DNA from: Sphaerodactylus townsendi
Lineage: Eukaryota
Reading direction: 5' to 3'
Assembly: GCF_021028975.2 (NCBI RefSeq)
Contig: NC_059429.1
Coordinates: 24,676,001-24,740,000 of the forward strand
Length of the DNA: 64,000 nt
Each line of letters begins with the position of its first letter. Within the stretch, counting starts at the first letter, position 1. Shown one piece after another: positions 51,301-63,399 of this stretch. The position numbers and the translations under genes are program-made. The notes beneath the pieces were generated by a model. That model saw only the letters and a list, made by a program, of their open reading frames with translations, was not told the DNA's origin and did not search any database.

Positions 51301-54076
51301 CCCGCCGTTTTGGAAGTGGCCATGCACTGGTTTGGCTTTTCTCTGGGAGACAGGCTGAAGGTTCACATTGCAGATGGCTTAGTCTATGTCTCCAGCCTAG
51401 CAGCCGAAGGTAACTGCATTGCACTGCACCCTCCTAGTGGCGGCCTGGTTGAAGGCATCTGGGTAGGGGTTTTGTACCCTGTTGCAAAAACTTTTATGGG
51501 GGGGAACCATGAAGACCAGTGACCACAGTTGGCTCTTTCTACCCAAGGGGCAAGCATTTCCACCTTCTCGTGTTAAACCCTGCTATTTTTCATGTGAGAG
51601 AAGAGAGTGTTAGGCACCGTTAACACTGTCACGTACCATTGCAACAAAAAAGCTTCTCTATAAGAAATATGACATGACTACTGCCTGCCAGTAGAGGGCA
51701 GGTTAGTTCTGTTGCTTCCATCAAGCTGTAAAGTGGAAATAATGTCCTTTACCTGGTAAGGAAAAAGAAATGCACTCTCCTCCATATACATACACGCAAA
51801 GAGCCACATTTTTAGAGCTGCAGTAACACGCTGGGCAGTCTCTTGTCAATTTCCTCCTGCAAAAGCAACTTCCCTTGTCAATTTCACTTGGTCTTTATCT
51901 CTGACAGTGTATCTTTGCCTTAAGGTTACATGGTTAATTCAACATGAAATTGACAGAGCTGATACAATTGACCTGGCTTGTGTTTGTGTGCCCTAACATT
52001 ACATTGCTACTGTGATAATAAAGAGAAAAAATATTTTAAAATTCCTTTTGAAAATGTAGGACGATGGGTAGGAGAAAATGGCTGAAGGGGAGGTTGGGTG
52101 CCCACGTAGGCATGTGGATAAGGGCCGGGTATAGGGTGGGGTGAAGAAATAAAGATGATTTATACATGATTGCACACTCAAGGAAAGCTGGCTCAGAAAT
52201 GGATCGAAGAAAAATTGCAGTAAAAGTTATTGGGAAAACAATGGAGGAAAAATGAAGGGAAAAGTTTCTGGAATCAAGTGGAGGAAAAAAGTGCAGAATT
52301 AAAAGAAAAATGTGGCATTTGGCAGAAAGGTTAGTTGTTCCCAAGAATGATAGCCTTCAAGGCTTCAGAAAAAGGGGCTGACATCTCAGCTGATTCCTTC
52401 CTCTGGCTTCAGATCACCACTTTGTCCTTGATGCTGTTCCCAAGGGCCTGCTGACACTCAGGAACAAAACTTGGGAGGACTTGGTGAACTGCAGAAGAAA
52501 GGGGCGAGTGTTGAAGCTCTACTCCCCAAAGTCCATGGATGTCTACATATACCCCAGAGTCATTTGTGAAACTTTCCTGGTAATGCCCCTAACAAGGAGG
52601 GAATAAGAATGGCTATGCATCTGTAAAGATGTGTTTCCTAGCAGCCTCCAGCTCTAGATCTGTCTAGCAGTAAATGGAGGAGAAAAGGGTACAGCCAGAG
52701 AAAATTCCACACCTTAGTGCAACCCTAGAAAATGAATGTGCTTAGACTAGAGTAACTCTCCTTAGGATTGCATAGTAAGTTCCTCTTGAGGCTGCCCCAG
52801 CACTTAAGGCCAACCCTCTTCAGCAAAATGGTGGATTATGACAGCAGATGAGATGCGTGATTCAGCCCTCTTTGATGGATGGTAATTCTTTTCATGTAGC
52901 CAACCGTGCCCATTTCAATGCAAGAGAAATAAAGGAGGTGGCGCTCTTGTTCGACCTCTGTAGGGAAAGCTGCAGAATGGGACCCCACCATCCTGTTCTG
53001 AGTCGATGTCAGGACACTTGCAGACCTTCCTGTTTGCACTACTGCACTCTGTTTTTCTAATTAGTTTCTCAGAAACCTGTTGTGTTTTCTCTCCCTCCCC
53101 TTAGCTCCCTCCTCTTACGATGCCATCATGTTTGATGTCGACAGCAAGGACTGTACCTTAGGAATGAGCTGCCCGCCCCCAGCCTTTGTGGAAAAGTCTT
53201 TTCTGCAAGAAGTGAGGGCCTTGCTGAAAATGGAAGGTGAGGAGGGGCCTTTGGCCGTCTGAAACTCTGAACTATCCTTAGCACAGATATCTCTTTTGAG
53301 GGCTTGATTTTAGCCTGGTTGGTAAAGCTGCAGGAATGCATGCAGCAGCTCTGCCATGCTGGTTTGCTAGACCCTCATGGTTGTACAAGCAAGTTTACAA
53401 AGGCGAGGGCATAGGAATGCCAACCTCCAGGTGGGACCTGGGGTTCCCCCAAAATTACAGCTCATCTCCAGATTACAGAGATTAATTTCTTTGGTGGAAA
53501 TGGATGTTTTGGACTCTATGCCATTGAACCCCATGAAGATCCTGTCCTCCCTAGACTGTACCCCAAATCTTCACGTGTTTCCCCACCTGGATTTGGCCAC
53601 CATACCCCCCCCCCTTTCTGGATTTGGCCACCCCACCCCCACCCCATCCGAAGCCAGTGGCTACCCTCTGAGGGCGTCATTATGGAAGACTCTTGAGACT
53701 GAAGCAGAGATTTTTGAGGGGCTTCCTGTGATTGGGAGAAATGATTTTTGGGTGGACTTGGCTACCAATTAAATAAATGCTCCTATTTTTACTTTCTATA
53801 GGCATCTTCATTCTCAACTTAGTGTGCCGAGATGTCAAGCTCAAAGAGACTATTTTAGCAGCTCTTAAAGAGGGGTTCCCTTCACTCTATGCCCGGCGGA
53901 TCGAGGGGGAAGTGAATGAGATTCTCTTCTGCCAGCAGCAGTCTGGACACAAAACGCCTCCTTTGGAACTTCAGAAGTCGGCCCAGGTTCTGGAACAAGC
54001 CCTGAGGCAACCTGGCTGTTCTTGGGACAGCACTTATGTCCTTGCGGACATGCTGGAGGCAGTGCAGCTGGTGTAA
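42332..54076 (+). CDS. METTL13: eEF1A lysine and N-terminal methyltransferase, complete, 698 aa. Exons: 42332-42493, 44505-45258, 46710-46909, 48378-48573, 49276-49440, 51197-51409, 53105-53236, 53802-54076
   Basis: YWERFF..AFEWYG is followed by SAM motif [12 protein letters not shown] and VLDKGTLDA (N-terminal MTase). [32 protein letters not shown] marks the C-terminal spermidine-synthase-like MTase. Exon lengths 162+754+200+196+165+213+132+275 = 2097 nt, GT-AG with matching phases. Confidence 0.97.
42807..43093 (-). mobile_element. tRNA-derived squamate SINE (Squam3/MIR-like); other copies at ~8551-8745(+), 41395-41720(-), 47090-47640 (nested +/-) and 57280-57500(-)
   Basis: The minus strand shows a Pol III A box (TGGCGTAGGAGG) and B box (GGTTTGATTCC), a conserved body (cacaacaaacaccctgtgagg on +) and a (TTC)-rich tail. 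Confidence 0.75.
43114..43360. mobile_element. Older, diverged Penelope-like inverted fragment with a decayed hammerhead core; METTL13 intron 1
   Basis: ctgaaggtgccagccgtagaggcaggggaattgtta parallels the ribozyme segment. An inverted partner arm and a reverse-complement tail (tgtattgtc...) are present. Confidence 0.6.
45824..46275. mobile_element. hAT-type non-autonomous element inserted into a SINE remnant
   Basis: TIRs cagtgatggtgaacct / aggttcaccatcactg. Ends are homologous to 2257-2645. Confidence 0.8.
50634..50932 (+). mobile_element. Sauria SINE (Squam1-like), full length
   Basis: tRNA-like head, central aggttgactcatccttccatcctt, RTE-like ggcaaaccacc segment and ACCTTT tail. Confidence 0.75.
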
Positions 54077-54405
54077 GGGAAGAAAGACCTCCCTTCCTGT
54101 ATGGCATCTGGTGTGCGGAGTGGAGCAGCAGTCCATGGTGGAGTAAGGATAGGTTGCTCCATCATGGTTCTTGTACTGCATTGTGATGAGAGGGATCAGA
54201 ATGCCCTTCCTTGGAGGTGACCCAGGAAGACTGTTAGTAAGAAGGAGGTTGCCCCTCAAAGAAACAATGAAGTGCTTCTTTTGCAATGCGCTTGCCTGGA
54301 AATTGCGGGGGGTACCTGTCAGGTCCCAGTCTCTGTGTGTGCTCCTTGGTGGGGGACTGGGAAAGGTAGTACCAGCTACTTGGAAACTGTCCCCCTTGCA
54401 TTTGA

Positions 54406-54411
54406 AATAAA
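54406..54411 (+). terminator. METTL13: Probable METTL13 polyadenylation signal (AATAAA)
   Basis: AATAAA 330 nt after the stop codon, followed by a T/GT-rich tract. Confidence 0.6.
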
Positions 54412-57099
54412 TTTTCTTTGATCTGTTGTGCAGTGGATGGTGGGGGTGATGCAGTGTGAACCAGTCATGTCAACTAATGTTTAATAGACTGTTGAATGTG
54501 GGAAAGAGGAACATGGTACTTTTTGGTGTATTGGAGCCACTGGACTGTGAGGTAGGGCAAGTACTGGCAAGTACTATGATCCAAAGACTCTCAATATTTT
54601 TTAAGAGTGTATAAGAGGTTGTGGGGTGGAGGCCTGAATTCATCTTCTGGATGTACCATCTTTCCCCACGTCACAAACTCTGATGTGTTCTTGGTTTGTG
54701 TTTTTTTCCAGAGGTCTCTTGGGCTGCTGTTAGGGCTTCTTCAGAAAACAGAGAACTCCAGAGTGCTGTGCTTTTTCATTCAGCCTTGCTCTGAATCATC
54801 CCAATCCAGACGCAAATGTTCCCTGGGCTGTTAGTAGGTCTCCAACCACATTACCTCTTGCGTAATGCCTGCAGCTAAGCCTGACTCATAAAAACATGCA
54901 GGGAGGAGGGAAAAGAAAGCCATGAAAGATGGCCAAAAAGAACATAACACAAAGTTCAGTGCCTTAGTTTGTGTTGCCCATTCATAAACTTAATCAGGGA
55001 CTTTTAAAAACATTGTGCTATCTACAAAATCAATGGCATGAATGTACATTAGACTGCTGCTGTATATGTGGAGTCAGACCAATATTATCTGCTGTGTCTG
55101 GCACAGGCACTTTTTAAAAGCCAAAGCTCACATCCTAGCCCTTCTACCAGGATCCTTGTTATAGTTTTAACAGCAAGGACAGACCCTTTTAATAATCAGG
55201 AGGCAAATTTGGATCCCACCCCCCTAGTTTTTTTAAATTGCAAAGTACTTGTGAGAATAACAGCCAGATAACCTCTGGGAAGATATATTCCCCTTGCTGT
55301 TTCTAATATGGTGACTGGTGTGATGGGAACATGTTTCACTTAAGAGCAAGACATACTGTCTTAGAAATAATTGACCCCTTCCATGTGAAAATCTATGTAG
55401 TCCACCTGCTGAGGAGCTAACATGCATAGAGTTAATGAATTGTCATCATTTCTCTAATCAGAATTACAGGCATCAGCCTATAGAATGACCAATTTATGTC
55501 GCTCCGGTTTTAATCCTCCTCTTAATACTTTCACCGTGTTATTTATAAGCATAGTTACCCCCTTCTAAGCCCATTAACTTCACTTTATTTAGAAGGATGT
55601 AACTCTGCTTAGGATAGAACTGCAGATATAAGAATGTGTATATAAGCAGAGATGCTGAAAAATGAAAGTATATCAGTAACAAGTAATCTAGGTTGTGTTA
55701 AAAATGCCTTTGATCAGCATCCTGCCAATTTAATTTCTGACCAACTGTGCAGTGTCATCTCCTCCCCCAACTCTGCCCCACCCAAGACTGGGTGTGATGT
55801 TGCTCCACCAGGAGCTGTGTCATCTCTGCTTGATGTCATTCTCGGGTGAAGCACAGTTCTCGGGTGAAGCACAGTGTAATGTGGCATATTGTGTATTTTT
55901 GTTTTTTTCAGTGTTGTAATCTTGGAGACGGGTGTGGATGTTCAGCGTTCATCTACACTTCGGAGGCAGCCTGGTGAAAGGAGAGCTGTGGCCAGGGCTT
56001 CTTTGGTCTTCTGTGCATGAGGAATCTGGTATTGGATGCAGAATTCTGCATTCCTGAGAAGAATTTCAGCTTTTATCTAAAGGGGAAAAAATGGCCATAG
56101 GTTGTGGTTGGAAAAATTGCAGCCCTTATTAATAAAATATCACCTAGCTCAGGGGTCAGAGCATCTGTTCTCTGGATGGATCCTTGTTACTCTCCTAATT
56201 TCTTTCAGGCATACTGGACCCCCTGTGTTTTGCCTCACATTTTCATGCCCTCGCAGTACCAAGGTGTTGCAGACATTCAAATCCTCAGGCCAGAGTAGGG
56301 CTTGGAAGTTCCAGAGCATTCCACGGACAGAAGGGTTTCCACCCACGGAGCACAACTTCATCACCTCCCTCTTCCGACTGCAGTACAGAATGTCCTGAAA
56401 TACTGCACTGGCGAGGGAGGGACACACACAATGAACCCTGTTTCTGAGAGGACAGGCATACGTGTTCAGCTGGAAAGCATGCCAACAAACTGCTTAATGG
56501 AACCAGCTTTACTTGATTGATGGACACACTCACCTGAGTACCATCTTAATGTATTGAGCAGGTACCATCTCTCTTGCAAGAATGCAAGACATGAGCAGCT
56601 GTGACTATGGGCGTCCTGTGTTACCTGCTAGTGAATGAGTTCATCTAAATGTCTTCTGGTTGTCATTGTGGGTCAGCATAGATAAGATTGCTGGGAAATC
56701 TGAGTCTGGACCTTCCCAGCATCTTAAAACCAATTAGAGCAATGCTGGTGAGAGGGTCAGTTAACTAATTACCCTGGCATAGCTTCACAGATGGAAAACT
56801 TCCCTCTGGTATTTAATTCTTTTTAAAAAGAGAGCAAGATGAATACCGTTTTGTGTGTGTGTAAAAAGGCTAATAACAGTTGTGGATGGAGGTCTCAATA
56901 AGTAAAAGACTGTTGAAGAGGCAGTGGTTAAACTCACTCCCCCAGGCCTATAGACTGATCTGGTTTGCACTGGAAACATATATGGTTGTATTTTGCTTTT
57001 AAATGACTGCTACCTGATGTTGTGGGCTTCTTTGGAAGAACTTGTCTAATATTTAAGCTACTGCAGGAAAAATGTGTGAAAGTCATTAAAGCATATCCT

Positions 57100-57278
57100 A
57101 GAATCCTATAGTTGGAATGGAGCATACAGACCATCTAATTCAACCCTCTGCTCAGTGTAGGAGTAGCCTAAAGCATCCTTGACAAGTGTTCATCCAAATA
57201 CTTAATGAAGACTGTCAGTGAGGAGAAGCTCACCATTTCCCTAAGCAGCCCATTCCACTGCTGAACTACTCTTACTCT
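57100..57278 (-). mobile_element. Old CR1 3'-end fragment; a second minus-strand CR1 piece lies at ~59285-59420
   Basis: CR1-like 3' UTR and ORF2 end. 59330-59390 reverse-translates to [16 protein letters not shown]. Confidence 0.6.
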
Positions 57279-57730
57279 AGAGAGAAGGCATTTGGATTTA
57301 TACCCCCCTTCTCTCCTGTAAAGAGACTCAAAGGGGCTTACAAACTCCTTTCCCTTCTTTTCCCCACAACAGACACCTTTTGAGTAGTTGGGGCTGAAAG
57401 AGTTTTGAGAGAACTGTAACTAGTCCAAGGCCACCCAGCAGGCTTCATGTGGAGGAGTGGGAAATCAAACCCAATTCACCAGATAAGACTCTGCCACTCC
57501 GGAAATGCAGCTTCCTCATCACCTAGTGAACCATCCTCCAGACTAATTTGGACACCCAAGCTGGTCTTAGCCACTCAAAACTTACTTAGTTCCCCTAGCT
57601 TAGCCACCCTTAAATGCTCTGCCCTCGCTGCAGATTCCCCCCAGGAGACAATTACTAGGTTTGAAGACCTTAAACAAATTGTGGATGGTGTTTTGATGTC
57701 CACTGTGGGGAAACCCAGCAAAAACAGAAA

Positions 57731-58082
57731 GGCCCTTTCCGCACGGGCCAAAAACGACGGCCTGGGGGCGGTAAAAACGCCGCCCCCAGGCTGCCGTTCG
57801 CACAGGCGGCGCTGCTGCATGCCGCGGCGGCACCGACCTGTTCACGCTCCCCCTCCCCCAGGGCGGCGTCAGGCCGCGCTAAACAACAACACCCAAAGGG
57901 TTGATTTATTTGAGGGGAAAGCGTCTTCCCGGCGGCGCGGTGCATGGGAAAGGGAAGGGGGGAAGAGGCGGCTCCATACGCTTTGGGTGGTCTGCCGGCC
58001 TCTGGGAGGCCGTCCGCATGCCTGCATCACGAGCGGCCTCCGCCTCCAACCGGCGGAATTCCTGCCGTCGATGGAAGCGCCC
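57731..58082. mobile_element. GC-rich MITE related to 40506-40976
   Basis: Shares the 5' end ggcc.tttccgcacgggc..aaa.gacggcctgg and has a terminal inverted similarity. Confidence 0.65.
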
Positions 58083-58649
58083 TTACTGCGACGTCGCAGG
58101 AAGCGGCCGAAGGGAGCGTCTTACGGTTTGACAGAGTGCCTGGAGCGCAGCAGTCAGATTAATGCTGCTTAAACTGGAACTTTGGGGCTTCCTGGAGGCG
58201 GGATCTCCTTATCTTCGCTAATAATTTGGCGGGAACAATTTTTTGCCAGTTAATTAGGAAGAACGAGGCCGGACATATCCCAACACTCAATGGGAACTCC
58301 ACTCTGCAGTAACTTCCAACAACTCCAAGCTACTCTGGGCTATCCTAAACAATTTTAATCAAAGCAAGCCTCCTACCCCTATCTGTATTACCCCTGATAC
58401 TTGGCATAACTATTTTATCAAACTTTTTAATTATGATATTTTAAGTAACAGATCTCCTTCACCTATCCCTTTAGATTTGCCTAGCTGGCCTCCTGTCTCA
58501 ACTCAAGAAGTAGTTGAGCTGTTAGAGGACCTCAAACGAAGGAAACCCCCTGGACCTGATTTTATACTCCCAGAGATTCTAAAATTTAATACTGATTAGT
58601 GGGCCTCTATCCTGGCAACTTTTTTACCCGAGTAAACAACTCAGGTATG

Positions 58650-58792
58650 GGTGCTGTGTGATCCTCTGAAGATGCCAGCCACAGATGCAGGCGAAACGTC
58701 AGGAGAGAATGCTGCTAGAACACAGCCATACAGCCCGGAAACCACACAGCACCCAAGTGATTCCGGCCGTGAAAGCCTTCGACAATACATCA
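58650..58792 (+). mobile_element. Penelope-like terminal fragment with hammerhead core, nested in the degraded LINE
   Basis: 12-bp TSD aactcaggtatg at 58638-58649 and 58793-58804. Short inverted 5' piece gggtgctgtgtg. Confidence 0.85.
58662..58704 (+). ncRNA. Minimal type I hammerhead ribozyme motif
   Basis: tcct-CTGAAGA(58666-58672)-t-gccagccacagatgcaggc-GAAA(58693-58696)-cGTC-agga, identical to 32386-32428. Confidence 0.75.
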
Positions 58793-60026
58793 AACTCAGG
58801 TATGCTCCCCAAGTCTTGGCTGTCTTCAACTGTTTCCCATTCATAAAAAGGGAAGTCATTTAGAGCCTGCCAATTTCCGCCCCATCAGCCTTATCTCAGT
58901 AATAGGGAAGATTTATGCTAAATTGTTACTGAAGAAACTTCAGTCATGGCTCTCCCATTCCGGTGCAGTGGGGGCTGAACAAATAGGCTTTTGTAAAGGG
59001 AAATCCCCTCTGGACCATTCCTTGGTGCTATTACACCTAGCCAGTAAACACTCAATTTATGCACATAACAAACTCTACTCTGCCTTTATTGATTTAAAGG
59101 CTGCTTTTGACTCTTTGCCGAGAGCCCTACTCTGGGCAAAACTGGCTGTCCTCACCATTGATGCCAGACTCCTTTTCTTGATTAGGCAACTGCGCACAAA
59201 TACCAGTTGCCGGATCAAGTGCTCCCATGAAGGCCTTTTGACAGACATATTTCCAGAGGGCTGCGTCCTGGCCCCCGCTCACTCACCTCTGCCTCTTCTC
59301 CATTTGGTCCACATTCTATTTGAAGTAAGGGCCCGAGACCTGCATGCAGTACTCCAGATGTGGTCTGACCAATGCGGTGTACAGTTGTAGTATGACATCT
59401 ACAATCTGGGAAACATGCAGTTTTACCATCTTTGTGGCCTGAGAAATGTCGCTGTTTGTTTTCTTGTCCTTGACAGAAGCCCAAGTGTCTGTACTTAGTT
59501 CACCTTGCTGGGCCTAGTACTACAGGCTCATTTTGAAATCTGCTTCATTGTGTTTCCCTGAGGACTCATAGAAAAAGATAGTGAACTTCATTTTTAGGAG
59601 TTTGAAGAAGGGACTTTCTGCTATTGGACTCTGCTACTTGACATTTTTTTATTTCATTTTTAAAAATTAATAATATTTCATTTTTTAAAATTAATAAAAA
59701 TTAATAACCCATTCCCTGACTGGAGTTGGGCTCAGGGTGGCTTACAAATTAAAATATTAGATAGTACAATAAAACTTTGCAATAAAACCAGTAACAATGC
59801 TAAAACCTAAACTTAAGAATCCACAGATGGCGAGCATCAAAGGAAACACTAGAATATAAGGGAATTTCCATGATGTCCTCTGTTAAAACTGAATTAATGA
59901 ATGATATTGATTGATTCTGGACTAAACATTTAGTGTGGAAGAAATTATTGTCTCTTAAATGAAAGTTTGGTGGCTACCATAGTTTATAAATCAGTGTGGT
60001 ATGTAAAACAGTGAACACATTTTAAA

Positions 60027-63000
60027 GCCCTGCAACCCAATTGCACAGGCCATCCTGATGACCCTGAACAGTAAATCACTATTACTAATAAACACCTATC
60101 TACCTCCAACAGATTCGGACATTGACCTTAATATGCAATGGAATCAGCTCACAGACTATATCAACACTATGGAGCTGAAAATTCCAAACAATCTTTTCCT
60201 TATAATGGGCGATCTAAATGCTAGAATAGGCCTTGATGCTGCCTCGCATTCAGCCCAGGAAGAGGAAAGTAACAACTTAATGTTGTACAACCAAGGAAAC
60301 ATCAGAGACACCAAGACTAATAAAGGAGGTAAGCTACTAATTGACTTTTGCCAATCTCAAAATAAAATAATTCTCAACGGGTCAAATAAATTCCCCAATT
60401 CAGGAGGCTATACGTACATCTCCACCAGGGGATGCAGCACCATTGATTTTGGCCTTTGCTCCCCTGAAACCATGGATCATATTCATACCTTTGACATAGA
60501 TAACCGAACAGAGAGTGATCACCTGCCACTAGTCATAGAATTCCAGAAGTTGAGACCAAATACTTTTTCCAACACTGAAACAACCAACAAAACAGATAGA
60601 GTGACTTATAAGAGGATCTACTGGACTACCAATACAGCTAATTCCCTGGCAATGCTTCTAAAATCAACGGCCTTCTCAGATATGAAAGAAGCAATAATTA
60701 ATAATGACAACTCCCTTGTGATGGATTATTTTACCAAAATTTCTACCGAACTATTCACCTTGGCCCGACCCGCTCTTGTAAAGACGGGAGCTGGTTGGTT
60801 CGACGATGAATGTATTCAATCCAAAAGGCGTCTTCGAAAAGACTTTAAGAATTTTCTTAACCCTAATCATCATCTTACCCTGGCTTCTTATAAGGAATCA
60901 AAACAACTTCACCAACAAATCATTAAGGAAAAGAAAAAACTTCATCAAACCAAACAATGGCATATACTTCATGAAGCCCTGAATTCCAACAACAGCAAGA
61001 AATTCTGGTCAATTGTAAATGGCACTAGTAATCAAAATCACACAACAACTATCACTGAACAGCAATGGATACAGCATTACTCAACCCTCTTAACCGAACC
61101 CAGCAATTTCATTGAAGTGCAAAGCGAACCACAATTAACGGATCTCCCAATGTGGACCCCACCAGAGACAAATGTACTATCGACTATTATAAAAAGTCTC
61201 AAGAAAAATAAGACGCCTGGATTGGACGGGATTCCCAGTGAAGTCCTGTCTGAACACACTGAATGGTGGACCCCAATTTTGGTTAAATTGTTCACTTACA
61301 TTGACCAATACGGTTCAATTCCGGAGACGTGGTTATCATCAATAATAATACCAATCCACAAAAAAGGACCTACCAACGATCCTGGAAACTTTCGACCAAT
61401 TAGCCTCCTGTCCATTATTGGGAAGGTTTATACTAAATACCTCGAAAGTAAGTTAAAAACATGGATGACTGAAAACAACATCACAGGCCCTGAACAAGCT
61501 GGGTTTAAATCTGGAAAATCTACCATGGATCATTGCCTAACCCTCTACACTCTGGCAAACAAATATCAATCCAAGGGTCAAGGGAAATTATATGCAGCCT
61601 TTTTAGATCTGAGTAGTGCATTTGATACAATTTCTAGAAGTATCCTATGGTCAAAATTAACTTATCTCCAAATGGAGCCACGATTACTTATGCTTATTCG
61701 TAAACTATATAGCAACACCACTTGTCAGGTCAAATTAGATCAAACTGGTACACTATCTGGAAAAATTCCAATCACCAGAGGGGTCAGACAGGGATGCGTA
61801 TTGGCACCTCATCTCTTTAACATCTACATAAACGATCTTCAAAACCACCTTAGCAAAGTCAATGGCCATCCTCCTAAAATTGGACAATGTCCCGTTCCAC
61901 TCCTTCTCTATGCTGACGATGCTGTTATTTTATCCCAAACATCCATTGGACTCAAAAGATATCTAAGAGCTTTTTTTGACTACTGTGATCTCAACAAACT
62001 AAAACTAAACAGTGAGAAGTCAAAAATAATCGTATTTTCCAAAAACTGGCGTCCTCTTTCCTGGAAAATCAACAATATTGAGATCAAGCAGGTACAATCC
62101 TTTAAATATTTAGGGATCACTTTTCAATACAATCTAAAATGGTCCCTTCATAGATCCTGCTTAATCTCATCAACCAGACGTACCATGTCTGGCATAATCC
62201 AATTTTACTACGGAAAAGGAAACCAATCAGTAAAAGCCGTATTAAAAATTTTCCAAGCAAAGTTGTTGCCTAAAATCCTCTACGGCATCCCAATTTGGAT
62301 AAGCGATTTCCAACGTGATGTTGAACAAATCCAAGCATATTTTCTGAGAAGGATTTTGGGAGTCCCGAATAGTGTCACCTATCCAACTTTATGTCTCGAA
62401 GTTGGCCTCTCATATGTGGAAACAGAAGCTTGGATTGCCACCATAAAGTATTGGCTCAAAATACATTTTAGATCACTTGCAGGTGATATAAACTCAAACC
62501 TTTTTAAAGACAATTTTCAATTCTACTGGTTCAAAGTCATTGAGAACAAAATCAGAACCATAGGATTTGATTTGGACAATGTTGGGACTGATAGTGAACT
62601 GCATATTTTCAATCAGATCCGCGAAAGACTGAGGGATCTGGAACATCATTGTTTCTATCCAACAAAGGCGGCTGTATGCTCTCCCCGCTCCCTCGGAATA
62701 CAACCAAGTTACAGAGCAAGAGCTAAATATCTCTCATCTCTGTTATCCATCAACCAACGTCGTGCATTCATGCTAGCACGCCTCAATATTTTCCCATCAG
62801 CGGAAACCTCAGGGAGATACCTCCAGATCCCTAAACATCAGAGACTATGCCGTTGCGGATGTGGATCTATAGAAACCATAACCCATATTCTTCTGGAATG
62901 CTGTCTTCACAGTAACCTGCGCATGATTTTAATTCACCCTCTGCTGCTTCCAAGACTTGAGCACTCCAAGTTCCAGGCCACTCGCTTTCTGCTAAGTGAC

Positions 63001-63167
63001 TGTAATCCATCGATCACCTTGGCAGTGGCTAAATTCTTGGAAAGCATTTTAAATACCCATATTTAAATGTTTTAAAAGTTTTCTCTTTTAAATGTTTTAA
63101 AAGTTTTCTCTTTTCTCTTTTAAATGGAAATAATTTGTATGCCATTAAAGGTTAAAATGAAATGAAA
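60027..63167 (+). mobile_element. Young 5'-truncated non-LTR retrotransposon (RTEX-like) with an uninterrupted 1002-aa ORF (60058-63066): partial APE endonuclease, RT and C-terminal CCHC
   Basis: EN motifs MGDLNA, TIDF and SDH. RT motifs FLDLSSAFD, QGCVLAP and YADD. C-terminal ETSGRY..RLCRCGC..ETITHILLEC. (AAATG)n tail and a 15-bp TSD tgaacacattttaaa at 60012-60026 and 63168-63182. The clade assignment is inferred from motifs only. Confidence 0.9.
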
Positions 63168-63399
63168 TGAACACATTTTAAATCATAGAGTGCTATATCA
63201 AATGAATGAAGAAAAAACAAACAAGTGCTTGTGGACTGGGTTGTAAGATGTGAGGACACAGATTAGTGTAAGGGTATGTGAGTAGTAGGTGTCGACTAAT
63301 TCAATTGTTGCCAGAATTGTGGTGGATGGGGGAGAATTGATGGAAATGTATGTATGCAGAAACTGTGACTTAAGCTGTTATACCAATTATTGCCTCTCC

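Larger units (their letters stand above)
58240..59277 (+). mobile_element. Degraded fragment of a LINE related to the 60-63 kb element, interrupted by a Penelope-derived insert
   Basis: Frameshifted translation parallels the intact copy (SNNSKLLWAIL, KPPGPD, NFRPISLISVIGKIY, GAEQIGFCKGKS, LYSAFIDLKAAFD, EGCVLAP), with stops and deletions. Confidence 0.85.

Noticed and set aside
22476-55875. Short tandem duplications (about 22476, 25899, 26826, 41190, 55840) as a CRISPR-like or other array
   Set aside because: Isolated two-copy duplications of unrelated sequence in a eukaryote; ordinary slippage or repair products.
57447-58172. 241-aa plus-strand ORF
   Set aside because: A chimera of SINE end, unique DNA and a GC-rich MITE; not DNM3 or any recognisable protein.
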